Assembly: GCF_036321535.1 (NCBI RefSeq)
Contig: NC_087436.1
Location: forward strand, 55,740,001-55,804,000
Direction: 5' to 3'
Length of the DNA: 64,000 bases
Origin: Camelus dromedarius
Taxonomy: Eukaryota
The notes beneath the pieces were generated by a model. That model saw only the letters and a list, made by a program, of their open reading frames with translations. It made no database searches and was not told where the DNA came from. Positions 27,601 to 39,608 of the stretch are shown here, piece after piece. Every line of letters begins with the position of its first letter. Within the stretch, counting starts at the first letter, position 1. The position numbers and the translations under genes are program-made.

Positions 27601-28370
27601 TTTTAACATACTTCATAGTTTAGAATAGTCTTAAGAGTTGCAGAAAAATTCTGAATATAGTATAGAGTTCCTATATACCTCACACCCAATTTCCCCCATT
27701 GTTAACATCTTGCATTTAATGAATCAATATTGATCTGCTAGTATGTATTGTTAATATCTTACATCAGTATGATCACAATTAATGAATCACTATTGAAACA
27801 TTGATTAAACATTGATGAAATATTATTAAATCATGTTTATACTTTATTCGGATTTCCTTATTTGTTATCTAATGTCATTTCTCTGTTCCAGGATCCCATC
27901 CGGGATACCATATCACTATTCATCCCTCTCTGTGTTCACCTCTTAGCAGTTTCTCAGACATTCTTTGTTTTGGATGACAACAGGGATTTGATGTTTTTCT
28001 CATGATTAGACTAGGGTTACAAGTTTTGGGAAGAAGGCCACAGAGTTAAAGTGCCATTTCCATCATATTATATGAAGGGTATGTACCATCAACATGATTT
28101 ATCATTGCTGTTACTGACCTTGATCACCTGACTCAGTAGTGTTTGTCAGGTTTCTCCATTGTAAAGTTACTGTGCTTCCTTATTTTATTTAATTCTATAC
28201 TCTTTGGGAGGAAGTCACTATGCACAGCCTACATTTTAAGGAGTTGTAAGTTATGATCTACCTACTTGAGGGGAAAGTATCTACAGAAATTACTTGGAAT
28301 TTTTCTTCATGGAAAATTTGCCTATTATTTTTGTTTGTTTATTCAATAATTTATTCATATCAGAATGGAA
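27601..28370 (-). mobile_element. L1MC-type 3' end
   Basis: tagtatagagttcctatatacctcacaccc...ccaggatcccatccgggatacc...catgattagactagggtt...ccttgatcacctg...gtcaggtttctccattgtaaag. Confidence 0.8.
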
Positions 28371-31300
28371 GATTTAATTTAAATTGATAACATCAACGTT
28401 AGTACCAATGATAATTACTGAGTTGGAGGGAACATTCAAAATTTTTGTCTAAAAAGGCAATATGACTTTCCATTATTGATTTTCTAGCATATGGCTTGCC
28501 AAGTTGTCTCTGGTACTATTATAATGATGGTTAAAATAAAATAGTCTTAGACACACTTTTCTTTGATTCTTTCATGTTTGAAAAATATGCATCTTTACCA
28601 GTAAAGGAAGGAAAAAGATCTATTCTCAGCTCCTCTTTGGAACTCTTTAGGAAAGGCCAGATGGAGAAAACCAGTTTTCCTTAAGAGTCACTTTTCATCT
28701 TCTCCTTTTCTAACCTACATATTCAAATTTTCTCCCTCTTTTAGTAGAACTACATATTTTCTTTATTTACTCTTTATTTATGGAGCACTTGCCATGTGTT
28801 CTGTGCTGAAGATAATGAGCAAGTTTACCATATTTGATTCTCATATAACATTTATTATAATTAACTTTGGTTCATTTGTAGTTAAAATGAGGAAAGCAAT
28901 AATTACATATAGTCAAACCCACTGCATTTTTTTAACCATGGGGCCACTAGGAAGTATTTCACTTTCCTCATTTCTTTCTACAAATAAGTGAGGTATCCTG
29001 GTTTGAATACTATGCATCTTCCAGGACACCTTAGAAATGTTTAGTTCAAGACCTAAAAGGTCACAGAAATCACAACTAGTCAATCACAGGTGAAAACCAT
29101 GAGAATTTTCTTGGTGAGGCACAGATATTTTAATACTCTGCAGTCATAAGAGAGTGGTATTGGCCACAACTTCTGTATTATTTGCACATATAAAAGATTA
29201 ACATAGATATAAAATGGAAAGATAATGCAACATTGTGATTAGCTTGTATCTTGCATATATTCCCCACCCTCAAGAAGAATGGAAACCATAACAGTGATCA
29301 TACATGTTTAACATCAGAGATCCCATTTTTTTACATAGCAATTCAATTCAAATTTTCTATACATTAAAAAACAACTTATTGTAAAAAATGAATTAACGGG
29401 CTGCTGAATCCTGGCCAAAGAAACTGGTTTTACATTAAGAATTTATGTTAACTATTATTTAACCGTATTTATAAAACTATGCTGTGACATATGGTTGTTA
29501 ATGTCAACTTACACTTCCAAGCATCATCATCCAAAATTGTCAGAAAAAGATTTTTAAATGCAGTGAATTTTACCTACACTTCAATGTTCCAAAATTAACC
29601 ATTAACCATTGAGTGAACCAATCTATAGCAAATAAAGACCAAATTGGAAGAGCAGAGAAAACTCTAAATGTAATTAAACTCCAGAAAGATCCACTTGAGC
29701 AAAATATTTGTGAATTAAATTCTTCACTGCATGTGTTGAAGCCCAAAATTCTGCTTCTTAAAATACTATCGTAGATGAATATCCTGACCAGAAGTGTTTT
29801 CCTATTCTACTCTATCTAGACAACATAATTTTATTTGATCATCTTTGAAATCCTACGTGATTCAAACATGTAAATGTTTCTTTTACTTGTAGTACCATTG
29901 TCTTTGTGTATCATTTTCTTCTGAAAAATACTTTCTTAAAAACTGAGGTAAAGAAAATGTCAAAACAATTAGTGATACTAAAAACAATTGATATTTGAAG
30001 AATTAGGCTGAATTGCACAGAATGTTGAATGGGGAAGGAAAAATTTTACCTAAATATCCATGTAAGCATTGAAAAACTATTGTGGGTGGATATAAAACCA
30101 TAATGTCTCATTTCTATTACCAAGTTCCAATAACTAATGATATATTTCCTTTTACAGTAAATATTTTTTTAAATGTTTTTAAAGATAGTATATAATGAAT
30201 GAGGTGACAATGACAGATGTATACATATCCTCAAGCCATTCTATTTTTTAAGTATACCTGTCTTAAATACATATACTATTTTGCAATCATGCACAAAGGT
30301 TAATTTCCAAAAGAGCAGTCTTGAATCAAAATATGATTAAATAAAAAATGTTTTATCTATCTCTTATCAATCTATCTAAATGCTGATAGTCATTTCATCT
30401 CCAACTTTTATGTAGTATTTCCCTAATTATTGCTCCAAAGAGATGACAGTTTACTTCACAAACACAGACTATAATTCTATGGGACAGAATAGAGTCAGCA
30501 GGTTGACATCTGCGAATTATGCAAATAGAGGAGTAGAAAACAACTGGGCCCTAATAGGCAACTCCTATTCAGATGGAAAAGGGGAGCGGAAGAAAGACTC
30601 TTCTCAGATCATTATTAAAGTTGGGAGGGCACTTATTCCCAGGGTGCATCTCAGGGAAGACCAGTTTGTTTTGGCTTGCCTCCTCAAGTGGAAATTTAAG
30701 TGTGAATTAAAAAATGGCATGCTGAGTTTGAGGAGCAGCTCCTTCTCTTTGCCAAAGAGAAGCATTGGAAAGAGGGCAACGTGTCATTGATTTGAAGCTC
30801 CAGTGCGTGTTTTATACCCTTATGGTGAATAGTAAGTAGTTTAATGCTGTTTAGGAGAGAAACTGAATAATGTTAATAAATAGAGTGTTTGCACTGCTAC
30901 TCCTTTAACTTGACAGAATGTTGCCACCTGCTCCTTAATATTTTTGATAAACATGAAAATAAAGTCTTTATTAAGGAATAAAAAGAGCAAATTTATTCTC
31001 AAAGGAAACATTTACACATATGTAAAGCTTATTGTACATAAGGCAAATTTCTTTCTATATTAGCTAATATATGTAAAGTTCATAGCATTTTAAAGATTTG
31101 AAAGGTTTCATGCTAATAAAGTCTTTATGACAAGTGCTATGCTTCATACTATACTTTGACAAAATAGAATGTGATAAGGTTATTAGAAAATGGGGCAGTT
31201 CAAAGTGAATATGTAGTCGGGATAAGGATAGGCAAGCCACTCTCTTAGCAACACATGCCTACACAAAGTATGCAGTAAACTCAATTGAGAGACCAGGTGG

Positions 31301-31529
31301 CATTTAAAATTCCCACTGATGACCTTTATAAGGCAGTAAGAACAATGCTTAGTGAGATTCTGGAATCACTGAATAAAAATCATAGCCAAGCTTATAGAAT
31401 GACAGATTCAAAATCCAAATGACATGTGTGGAAGGTAAGAGACAAATGGAATTTTTTTTTTTTTTTTTTGGTAAAAGTATGTGAGAAAAATCAAGCCTTT
31501 AACATAGGACAGGAGATGAAGGAAAAGAA

Positions 31530-31770
31530 GACAAAAATGGAAAATATAAGTACTGTTCGGAGCACTTAATACGTGGCACCCATTAAAGACTTTACGATGT
31601 TATTTCCACTCCTCACAACAGCACTACAGGGCAAGTGTGATTTTTCTCCATAGTAGTCAAGAGTGACTGAGGAAGGAACTTAACTCACCCAAGATCACAC
31701 AGCCAGAAAGGACAGGAATCAGCTTCAGCTGGGTCTGACCTCAGATATGTTTGAGAGTTAACTATGCTCT
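31530..31770 (-). mobile_element. MIR SINE
   Basis: gagcactta...tcctcacaacagcact...gactgagg...taactcacccaagatcacacagc. Confidence 0.65.
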
Positions 31771-34647
31771 CTCTATAAGAATTCAGCTCTTTTTCCTCCG
31801 TTAGCCCAATTCAGTGAATAAATAAGGAATTATTCAAGGTCAAAATAGTGAAACTGTGTTTCTACTATTTTAAAATCTGTCAGAATCTGCTTTTTTGTTT
31901 TTTGGAGGTTTTGTTTTTGGGGGGTAGAGCCCTGGGTTCAAATCTCAATAATTCAGACAGATATAGGAAAATTCATAAAGGGTTAAGAAGAGTATCAAAA
32001 GATAATATGAGACTGACAAAGAATTTTTTGAAGGTAAATTTAAATTTTAAGAAGTGTCACCTCCACAGGAACTGACAGAGTTCATAATGTGCTTTCATAC
32101 TGGTAGTAAACTCTGGTGCTTTGGTTCCAAATTATGTGCTATTTCACATGATTTCTACAGCCTTTTGTTTAAGGGAAACTGAAAGACTTTACAAGATACC
32201 AGTGAAGGAAAAAGTTCCCCAGTTCTTGGAACCCAAATATACCCCCAAAGAAGTAATGAGCTGCTCACTCTGCAGCATTAGAGTGCACATGGATGGTAAT
32301 GGAGAAATTCTCTGGGCACTGCTGGCAAGTTACTGTGAGTCTCTAATGGAAGCAAATTATATACTTTCTAAAGTGACAGTATCACTCCAGCAATGTGCAG
32401 ATAAAATGTTCCAGTGAAATGTAATAGCTCAAACTCACCAGAAACATTATTAAAATAATTGAAATAATTGCTTCCTCTTGCTTTTTTCTTTTCTTTTCTT
32501 TTTCTTTTTTTTTTTTTTTTTTTGGCAAAGTGCTACTTCATGTGGCAGTAGGCTTTTAAAAAGAAGGTAACATAAACTTTATCAGGACACAGAAACTACA
32601 TAGGCAATGTTCTCCCTCTTTAATAATTCTAATGTATGACTGCTGAAATAACACTGCAGCCTGGAAAGCTGCCTTCTAATAGAACATTTGTGGATAACTG
32701 AACTCCTGTTCATTGTTCAAAAGGTCATGAGGTTTGAGTGGGTTCTTTTTCTTTTGGTAAATTACTCAGTTTGAGTATTTATTGGCCTCTCAAAAGGCAA
32801 GTACTGTATGAACTCTGTTGTTCTTCACTGTTTCCTAATTTGATTGGGTTCTATTCTGTGCATAAACCTCAGCAGAAAATTTCTCTCTCTCTCAAATTCC
32901 AGCACAGAGATCTCTCATCTTTGCTTTCTGCTAAATACATCAGCCTCATGGATCAAACAGACATAAATTAAGTCAAAGAGAAAAAAATTATAATACTGAT
33001 TGGATGAAAACTTTTGGTTGGATTTTGTTTGAAGCCTGATCAGATCATTGTTTTTATTAATATTTGGAAGCATTCCTTAAAAGGGATCTACAATAGGAAG
33101 AGTGGGGCTAATTTTAAAGGAATCACTAATATTAGATTTATCTGTAGTCATCTATACTATAATAGAATGGCAAAATTTGTATTCCCCACCCTTGATTCCA
33201 CCAAAGTACTATCTACACATTATCTACATGCTTTACTATAGTTAATAGATCAATAGACCCCAATTCTGAAGAAAGTTTGGGTGCAGACTGGGGAGTTCCA
33301 TTACTCCTGTATGGTCTTATTCTCCAAACTCGCTGGCCTTTCATTACTATTTTCTACATATAACGCTGGCTGAAGGAGAATTACTTAAGCCAAAAGTCAG
33401 AGCTTCATGAGAAAACAAAGGACGGCTGAAATTTCAAAAATATATTCCACGTGCAGATCTCATTTTCTTCTGACCACAGTAATCTTTACACCTAGCTACC
33501 TACACAAAATTGAAGATTTTTAAAATTTCTTTCAGATGAGGTAGACTCTTCAAATTTTTGTCTCTCTTTTTTTTTTTTTTTTCCACTGAACAGCTCTCTT
33601 TTCATATGGGCCAGAAATTTCCATTTATTGATCATCTGGGTGTACCTGAAACTAAGTTAGATGTTACTTTACTTCTTTAACTTTTACAACAGTCATAAGC
33701 GTCAACCTTATCACAGATGAAGCCTAGATACAGAGAGTTAAGTCTCTTTCTCAAGGTACCATTTTTCATAGGAGATAGTGTCACGATTTGAACCCTGATG
33801 TAAATGACACTGAAGTCCAGACTTTACTTTCATGTTACATAAAGGCAGGGTTGCTTTCAAGTGATACTGGCCAGAGCGCATTAGGTTTCAAAGGGCCCAT
33901 CATTACTTGAGATGCTACTGATTCTATTCATCCAATAGATACTGACTTCCATGATACACAAAGTCACCGACATGCCAAGCAACTACCTCTAGTTCCCTTG
34001 CAACTTTTTGTTACATATTTCCACCTTATTTTCCCGACCTCTAGTTTCATCTTCTCCTTGCTTATACCTACCAATTTGACTCAGTTACTGATTTCACCCC
34101 AGGTTTTCCTTTCAAATTCTGTTCATCTTGAGCCCTTAGCCACCTGAACTCCTCTTCACTACTTGGGTAGACTAGTCACCAATAGTTGTAAACTCATGAC
34201 CACTTGCTAACATATTAACTTGGCATTTCAAGTGCTGGCTTTGACTCATGAAGGCCTAATACTCACCAATCAACAGAAAACTTCCTTCTGGACTCTTGAC
34301 AAGTACAATTTCACTTTAGTGTGTTTCCTGACCAACGGTTGACAATATTTTACTCCAAAATCCTCAAAACCCAGTGTTACAGGTTATTTTAGTTCATCTG
34401 AAAACCAGCCTTTAGTTCAGCCTGAAAACCAGCGGAAAAATATAGGCTGAACAGTTGCAATTTTGTTCCTAGGCTTTTTTATTTCTATTGGAGACTCATC
34501 TTTTCCCCTTTATTATGTCTGAATTACAAACCTCTGCACTGATATATCCTATGGGCTTTCTCATTCTGACTTGGTTTACTAATACTCACCTGTTTTCCTG
34601 ACACCCCTGGCTTGGACTAATCAATATAATTCTCATTTCTGCTGACT

Positions 34648-35140
34648 CTGTTGCTATGTAACAAAGCATCTCAACAATTAGACTCTTAAAAGCAACCATT
34701 TTGTTTTTCTTGTGCTTTTGTTCATTAAGAATCTAGGTGGAGTCTAGCTAGTAATCACACTGTTCCTCAAGACTCTGTTGGCTTTCAGCTGACAAAGGAC
34801 TATCTGGAGGATCCAAGATGGTCTTCACTCACATATCTGTCATCTTTGTAGGTCTGGCTGAATACTGAGCTGAGATGGGACTGGTGCCCAGAATGCCTGC
34901 CCATACACTCCCTAGCAGGAGTCTCTCAGTGTATTTGAACTTCTTAAATAGAGAATCACAACTCCCAGAGAATGTTCCAAGAGACATGAAGCAAAACCTG
35001 CCTGTTTCTTATAACTTGGCCTGACACTGTACAGCATCATTTCTGCTGCTATTGGTGTAATAACTCGCCAGATCCAAAGGGAAGGAAAACAGATCCCACT
35101 TTTCAATGACAGGATTACAGAACTGATATAGAACTACAGC
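34648..35140 (-). mobile_element. MaLR MLT1 (G/H-like) LTR
   Basis: tgctatgtaacaaagcatctc...ctggaggatccaagatgg..ttcactcacat...cagcatcatttctgctgctattgg...cagatccaaaggga. Confidence 0.7.
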
Positions 35141-35146
35141 AAAACG

Positions 35147-35440
35147 AAAACATGCTAAGTAAAAGAAGACAGACACAATAAAGCACATATTGTATGATTT
35201 ACATAAAATGTCCAGAATAGAGAAATCTAGAGACAGAAAGTGTAGATTTGTACTTTCCAGAGGATGAAGAGAAACAGGAGTGACTGATAATGGGTGTGGG
35301 TTTTCTCTTTGGGGTCATGAAAATGTTCTGGAATTAGATAGCGGTAATGGTTGCAAATTCTGTGAACTTACAAAAACCACTGAAATGTACACTTTTAAAA
35401 CGACGGATTTTATGGTATATGATTTACATTTCCATGTTTT
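35147..35440 (+). mobile_element. L1MB-type 3' end
   Basis: atgctaagtaaaagaagacagacac...aaatgtccagaatagagaaatct...tcatgaaaatgttctggaattagatag...tgtacacttt. Confidence 0.8.
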
Positions 35441-36658
35441 TAAACTAGCTCTTTCTCACAAATTATCAGATTAAATTTCACTAACATCTGCTCTGTTTTT
35501 TGTATGCTAGATTGGTAGACATACCACTTTTTAAAAATAAACATAATTCTAGAGATCTAAGTATTTCCTTTATATACTTAACCTCCATTGTTTCTCATCT
35601 CATTTCACAAATAAGCACACATCCTTTACCTTTATAGACTATCATAAAGATTAAGATATTAGAAACTCTTCTTTCTCTCAAGATATTCCAGCCTTGTTGC
35701 AACAGTTTAATTCTTATTATGACCATCATGGTTTGTTACGTCTTCTAGTATGTGGATAAAATAGACTAAGTGGCATTGCACTTCAGACAGGAAATAGAAT
35801 CCAACTGTTGGATTTCTACACCTCTCTGATTTACATCTTGATAATTGCTATTGTTAATTTATTGCTTAACCTAACTGAAAACAGGCTTTTTTGTACTTTT
35901 TTTTTGCACCGTTACAGAATTGTGTGCAATCAGTGACATGTTTGTAGTTTCTGAAAGTAAACACAAATGCCTAGATATTTTTAACATAGAAAACATTGAA
36001 AAATCTTTACTTTAATGGAATTTGATAATGTATATTGTGATAAATGTACTTTTTTCTTCTACTAGTAAGACTGCAATTTTTCCTGAAATGACATATTTGT
36101 GCATCTTGGTTTAGTGATGGTTACATTTCTAATCAATTATTTGTATCTTAGTTTTTACTGGTGTTAAAAGAATCCATTATATAAATAAACTTTTTAAATG
36201 GTTTCTGTGTATTATATAGAGAAAATAGCTCTGGGCAGCTTATCTTCCACTTGCAAATTTGTGGAAATATAAGTATGTCAAAATAAAAAATAGAAGAACC
36301 CTTTGTCATTCAAAGAATGTGATTATTTGACTATCGTGTGAATTATTTTGTTTTTAATGGAAGGGATTCAATCAAGGTACCTCAACTGAAGCTGCATAAC
36401 CAAAACACATTAGCTAGTAATATCACTGACTTATAAACAAATCAATGTTTTTCTCTGCTTTCTGAATGTAGACGTTGAGGTTATCTCACATGTTTAACCT
36501 GTCTGATGGAAGGTATAGCGATTACGCCTCCACATATGTGTTCATATGTTCATGTACTCACGGGCCTCTAAGATTTTAGTTTTCTGTTAGAGTTCTTAAA
36601 AAGTATCTAAACTTTTATTTGTAGAAGCAGCTGCTATAAAGAAAAGGCTTTAACCTTT

Positions 36659-36811
36659 TCTAAAAATTGAGAAATAATGGATATATAACACATTAGTTTC
36701 AGATGTACAACAGAATGATTCAGTATATGTATATATTATGAAAAGATAACCACAATAAATCTAGTTAGCATCCATCACCACACATAGTTACAATTACTTT
36801 TTTTTGTGATG
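36659..36811 (-). mobile_element. Truncated L1 (L1MA-type) 3' end
   Basis: attagtttcagatgtacaac...ccacaataaatctagttagcatccatcacc; perfect 13-bp TSD GGCTTTAACCTTT (36646-36658 and 36812-36824). Confidence 0.85.
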
Positions 36812-37811
36812 GGCTTTAACCTTTAACAACCAATTCTTTTGGCATTTTCTACAAACTACTTCTTAAATCACAGGCAAATTCTGATTTCTGATTTCAGTGA
36901 GTCTATCTCAAAGCAGTAAGTTATGCCAAACAACACACTCAAGAGGAGGTTTTTAGGTCATTAGTTAAATACAAACAAGTAAAGACGTTTTCAGTTCTGA
37001 CTTGCTAATTGACATGGTATTAGCCTATAAAGAAAACCAAATCTGTATGATTCAAGTTAGATTTTCCCTTGAAAAAAGTCATCTGTGAATGCTCAGCTCT
37101 GGCCAAGGCAGATTTTACTTTCAATTCTTTGTTAGTATCACCTCCTCTGCTGAACTTTTTTGATGTCACCATACCTGTTTATTTTTTAGTCTGAAGTTTA
37201 TTAAGATAGTTCTTTAAAATATGGAACATATAATGGTACAAATGGATTGTAAAATAAGAGTAGCTTTAACTTAAAGGGTAAAGCAAAACGCAGTTTTCAC
37301 CTAGATTTTAACTTTGTTTACATTTTTTCTTTAAATTGATACACTAAAAATATTGTAATAAAGTACAACATGAAAAAATGACTTTGTCCTATCTCCCCCT
37401 GCTCTGTTATAATCATATTTTACTAGTAAAATGGTCAGGGTTAACTGGCTTCAGCATCAATATTGAATATTCACACATATGTCTGCACATATGCACGCTC
37501 TTTAGTAGGCCATGTTATTGGTTAATTCAAGTAAACTACTGTAAGTGGCATAGCAATAGGGATCTTGATACTTTGGTGTGGCTTGAAATCACCTCTCTAC
37601 TTCAGGGTAGTGACTTTACACCCAAACCTCTTGCAGGGTGGAGCAGGAATCAAAGAATTATTTTTCCTTTAAATAAGAGTATTTATTAAAATAATATAAA
37701 GCTAAATCAAATAGAAGTATTACAGAAAATAACTTGGGAAGTTTAATTCTTTCTCTGTTTTCCCTATTTTACACTTGTATAAATTTAAAGTAATCTTTAA
37801 GATATTCACAC

Positions 37812-38164
37812 TGTTGAAGTAATTAAACAAGGAGGCCAACAGAACAGGGCGGCTCTAATGCCTTCACAGCCTACATAAACAAACCAAAACCTAAGCCAGA
37901 GTCTATGCACTCAAATCCAAGCAAATGAAACTTAAAAACAACCAATCACAAACACTCCACTAGGCTTTCTCAAATAAGGCATCTGCTTAAGCTATTACTA
38001 ATCAAATAACTTCCTGGCTTTGCTTCTCTCTACAAACCACTCCCCCAGCTCCTGCTGGTGGAGTGCTGCACTCTTGGTGTGGCACTGCCTGACTGCCTGA
38101 TTCTAATTGATATATGCTCAAGTAAACTCTTGAAATTTTTAATGTGCCTGTTTATCTTTTAACA
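37812..38164 (+). mobile_element. ERV1-class solo LTR (MER39/MER34-like)
   Basis: Begins TGTTGAAG and ends TTTTAACA (TG...CA). Flanked by a perfect 4-bp TSD ACAC (37808-37811 and 38165-38168). Internal CCAAT at 37942 and AGTAAA-type poly(A) signal near the 3' end. Confidence 0.8.
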
Positions 38165-38192
38165 ACACTATATGACTAACTGTATAGTATCT

Positions 38193-38198
38193 TTTAAT
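38193..38198 (-). terminator. Candidate distal polyadenylation signal ATTAAA of PDHA2
   Basis: Lies within TACATTAGTGCATTAAAAGAT (minus strand), which I recall from the parental PDHA1 3' UTR. Followed about 25 nt later by GU-rich TAGTGTTGTT. Confidence 0.55.
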
Positions 38199-38332
38199 GC
38201 ACTAATGTATAATTGAATGTAATATCCCTTTTAACTGAATGTATATCTATGATCTCTTTTAATCTCTTTCTATATTCTCTTAATTACCTCAATTCCTTTT
38301 AATAAAAGTTTACAAGACTTCTGTTTTATGGT

Positions 38333-38338
38333 TTTATT
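38333..38338 (-). terminator. Candidate proximal polyadenylation signal AATAAA of PDHA2
   Basis: TTTATT on the plus strand, about 92 nt downstream of the stop codon. Confidence 0.55.
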
Positions 38339-38429
38339 CCTCCTTCAAACTGGGCACATAGTTTCTTCAAGTCAACCATGAATAATTTCCCTTTGAAGGA
38401 CTAAAAATACATTTACATAAAGTCTCCCT

Positions 38430-39608
38430 TTAACTGACTGACTTAAATTTGATCCACTGATTTGCACCACGAATTTCAAAAGGTGGATTACTGCTGTAAA
38501 TGTGCTGGCCTAAATCTTCCAAAGATGGTTCAGGATCAGTTGTAGCAAACTGGGCTGCCTCATCAATTGCTTGCCTCACTTCAACATCAATTCCCTTCAG
38601 TTCTTCAACACTGGCAAGCTTGTTGTTTACCATTTTATCTCTGAGAAGCATAATGGGATCACTCTTACTTCTTACATTCTGAATTTCTTCTCGTGTCCGA
38701 TAACTGACTCCAGGATCACTCATGCTGTGTCCGTGATAACGGTATGTCTGCAGCTCCATCAGTATGGGCCCCTTTCCAGATCTACAGTAGTCAGCTGCAA
38801 ACTTAGTTGCCTCGCGGACACACAGAACATCCATTCCATCTACCCTGAGTCCAGGGAGGAAATTGCCTCTCTTGTAGTATTCAGTGCTGGCTGCTGCTCT
38901 CTCAACAGATGTTCCCATTCCATAGCGGTTATTCTCACAGATGAAAATACAAGGTAAATTCCACAAAGCTGCCATGTTGTAAGCTTCAGATATCTGACCC
39001 TGATTAGCAGCACCATCCCCATATATAGTTAAACACACCTCCTTGTTTTCCTTATATTTACAGGCCAGAGCAATACCAGCTCCCAGGGGTACCTGAGCAC
39101 CCACAATGCCATTGCCCCCATAGAAGTTCTTGGTATACATATGCATCGATCCTCCTTTTCCTTTAGCACAACCACTTCTTCGTCCTGTCAGCTCTGCAAG
39201 AATTGATTGGACAGAAAGTCCACGAGTGTAGCACAAACCGTGAGCCCGATAGGATGTGATGATGTGATCGCTGGGATTTATCCCGGCCTCAAGACCCACA
39301 TAGCAAGCTTCCTGACCATCACACAAGTGACAGAAACCACGAATAAATTTCTGTTTATACAACTGATCTGCCTTCAATTCCATTTGGCGAATAGTCTGCA
39401 TCACCCTGTAATATCTGAGTCCGTCCTCCCGGGTGAGCATTGCAGTGACAGGGGGACCGTCTTCCAACCGATAAAGATCACATTTCTTAATTTCAAATGT
39501 AGCATCATTTGAATAGTCACAGGATGCTACCAGCACTCTGCTAGTAGCAGGCTTCGGGGTGATGTCAGACAGCATGCGAGAGACAGCAGCGGCCAGCATC
39601 TTCCTCAT
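38430..39608 (-). CDS. PDHA2: Pyruvate dehydrogenase E1 subunit alpha, testis-specific form (intronless retrogene), 392 aa
   Basis: Uninterrupted single-exon ORF from ATG at 39608 ([11 protein letters not shown]...) to TAA at 38430 (...WIKFKSVS). Contains the TPP-binding GDG..N motif (GDGAANQGQ...CENN) and all three regulatory phosphoserine contexts ([20 protein letters not shown]). Residues [29 protein letters not shown] and KRGNF match PDHA2 rather than PDHA1 (recalled human sequences). Has its own CpG-island promoter. Confidence 0.96.
   Translation of the reverse strand: MRKMLAAAVSRMLSDITPKPATSRVLVASCDYSNDATFEIKKCDLYRLEDGPPVTAMLTREDGLRYYRVMQTIRQMELKADQLYKQKFIRGFCHLCDGQEACYVGLEAGINPSDHIITSYRAHGLCYTRGLSVQSILAELTGRRSGCAKGKGGSMHMYTKNFYGGNGIVGAQVPLGAGIALACKYKENKEVCLTIYGDGAANQGQISEAYNMAALWNLPCIFICENNRYGMGTSVERAAASTEYYKRGNFLPGLRVDGMDVLCVREATKFAADYCRSGKGPILMELQTYRYHGHSMSDPGVSYRTREEIQNVRSKSDPIMLLRDKMVNNKLASVEELKGIDVEVRQAIDEAAQFATTDPEPSLEDLGQHIYSSNPPFEIRGANQWIKFKSVS

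Noticed and set aside
38430..39608. Processed pseudogene of PDHA1
   Set aside because: The ORF is intact despite substantial divergence, carries PDHA2-type residues and has its own CpG-island promoter.
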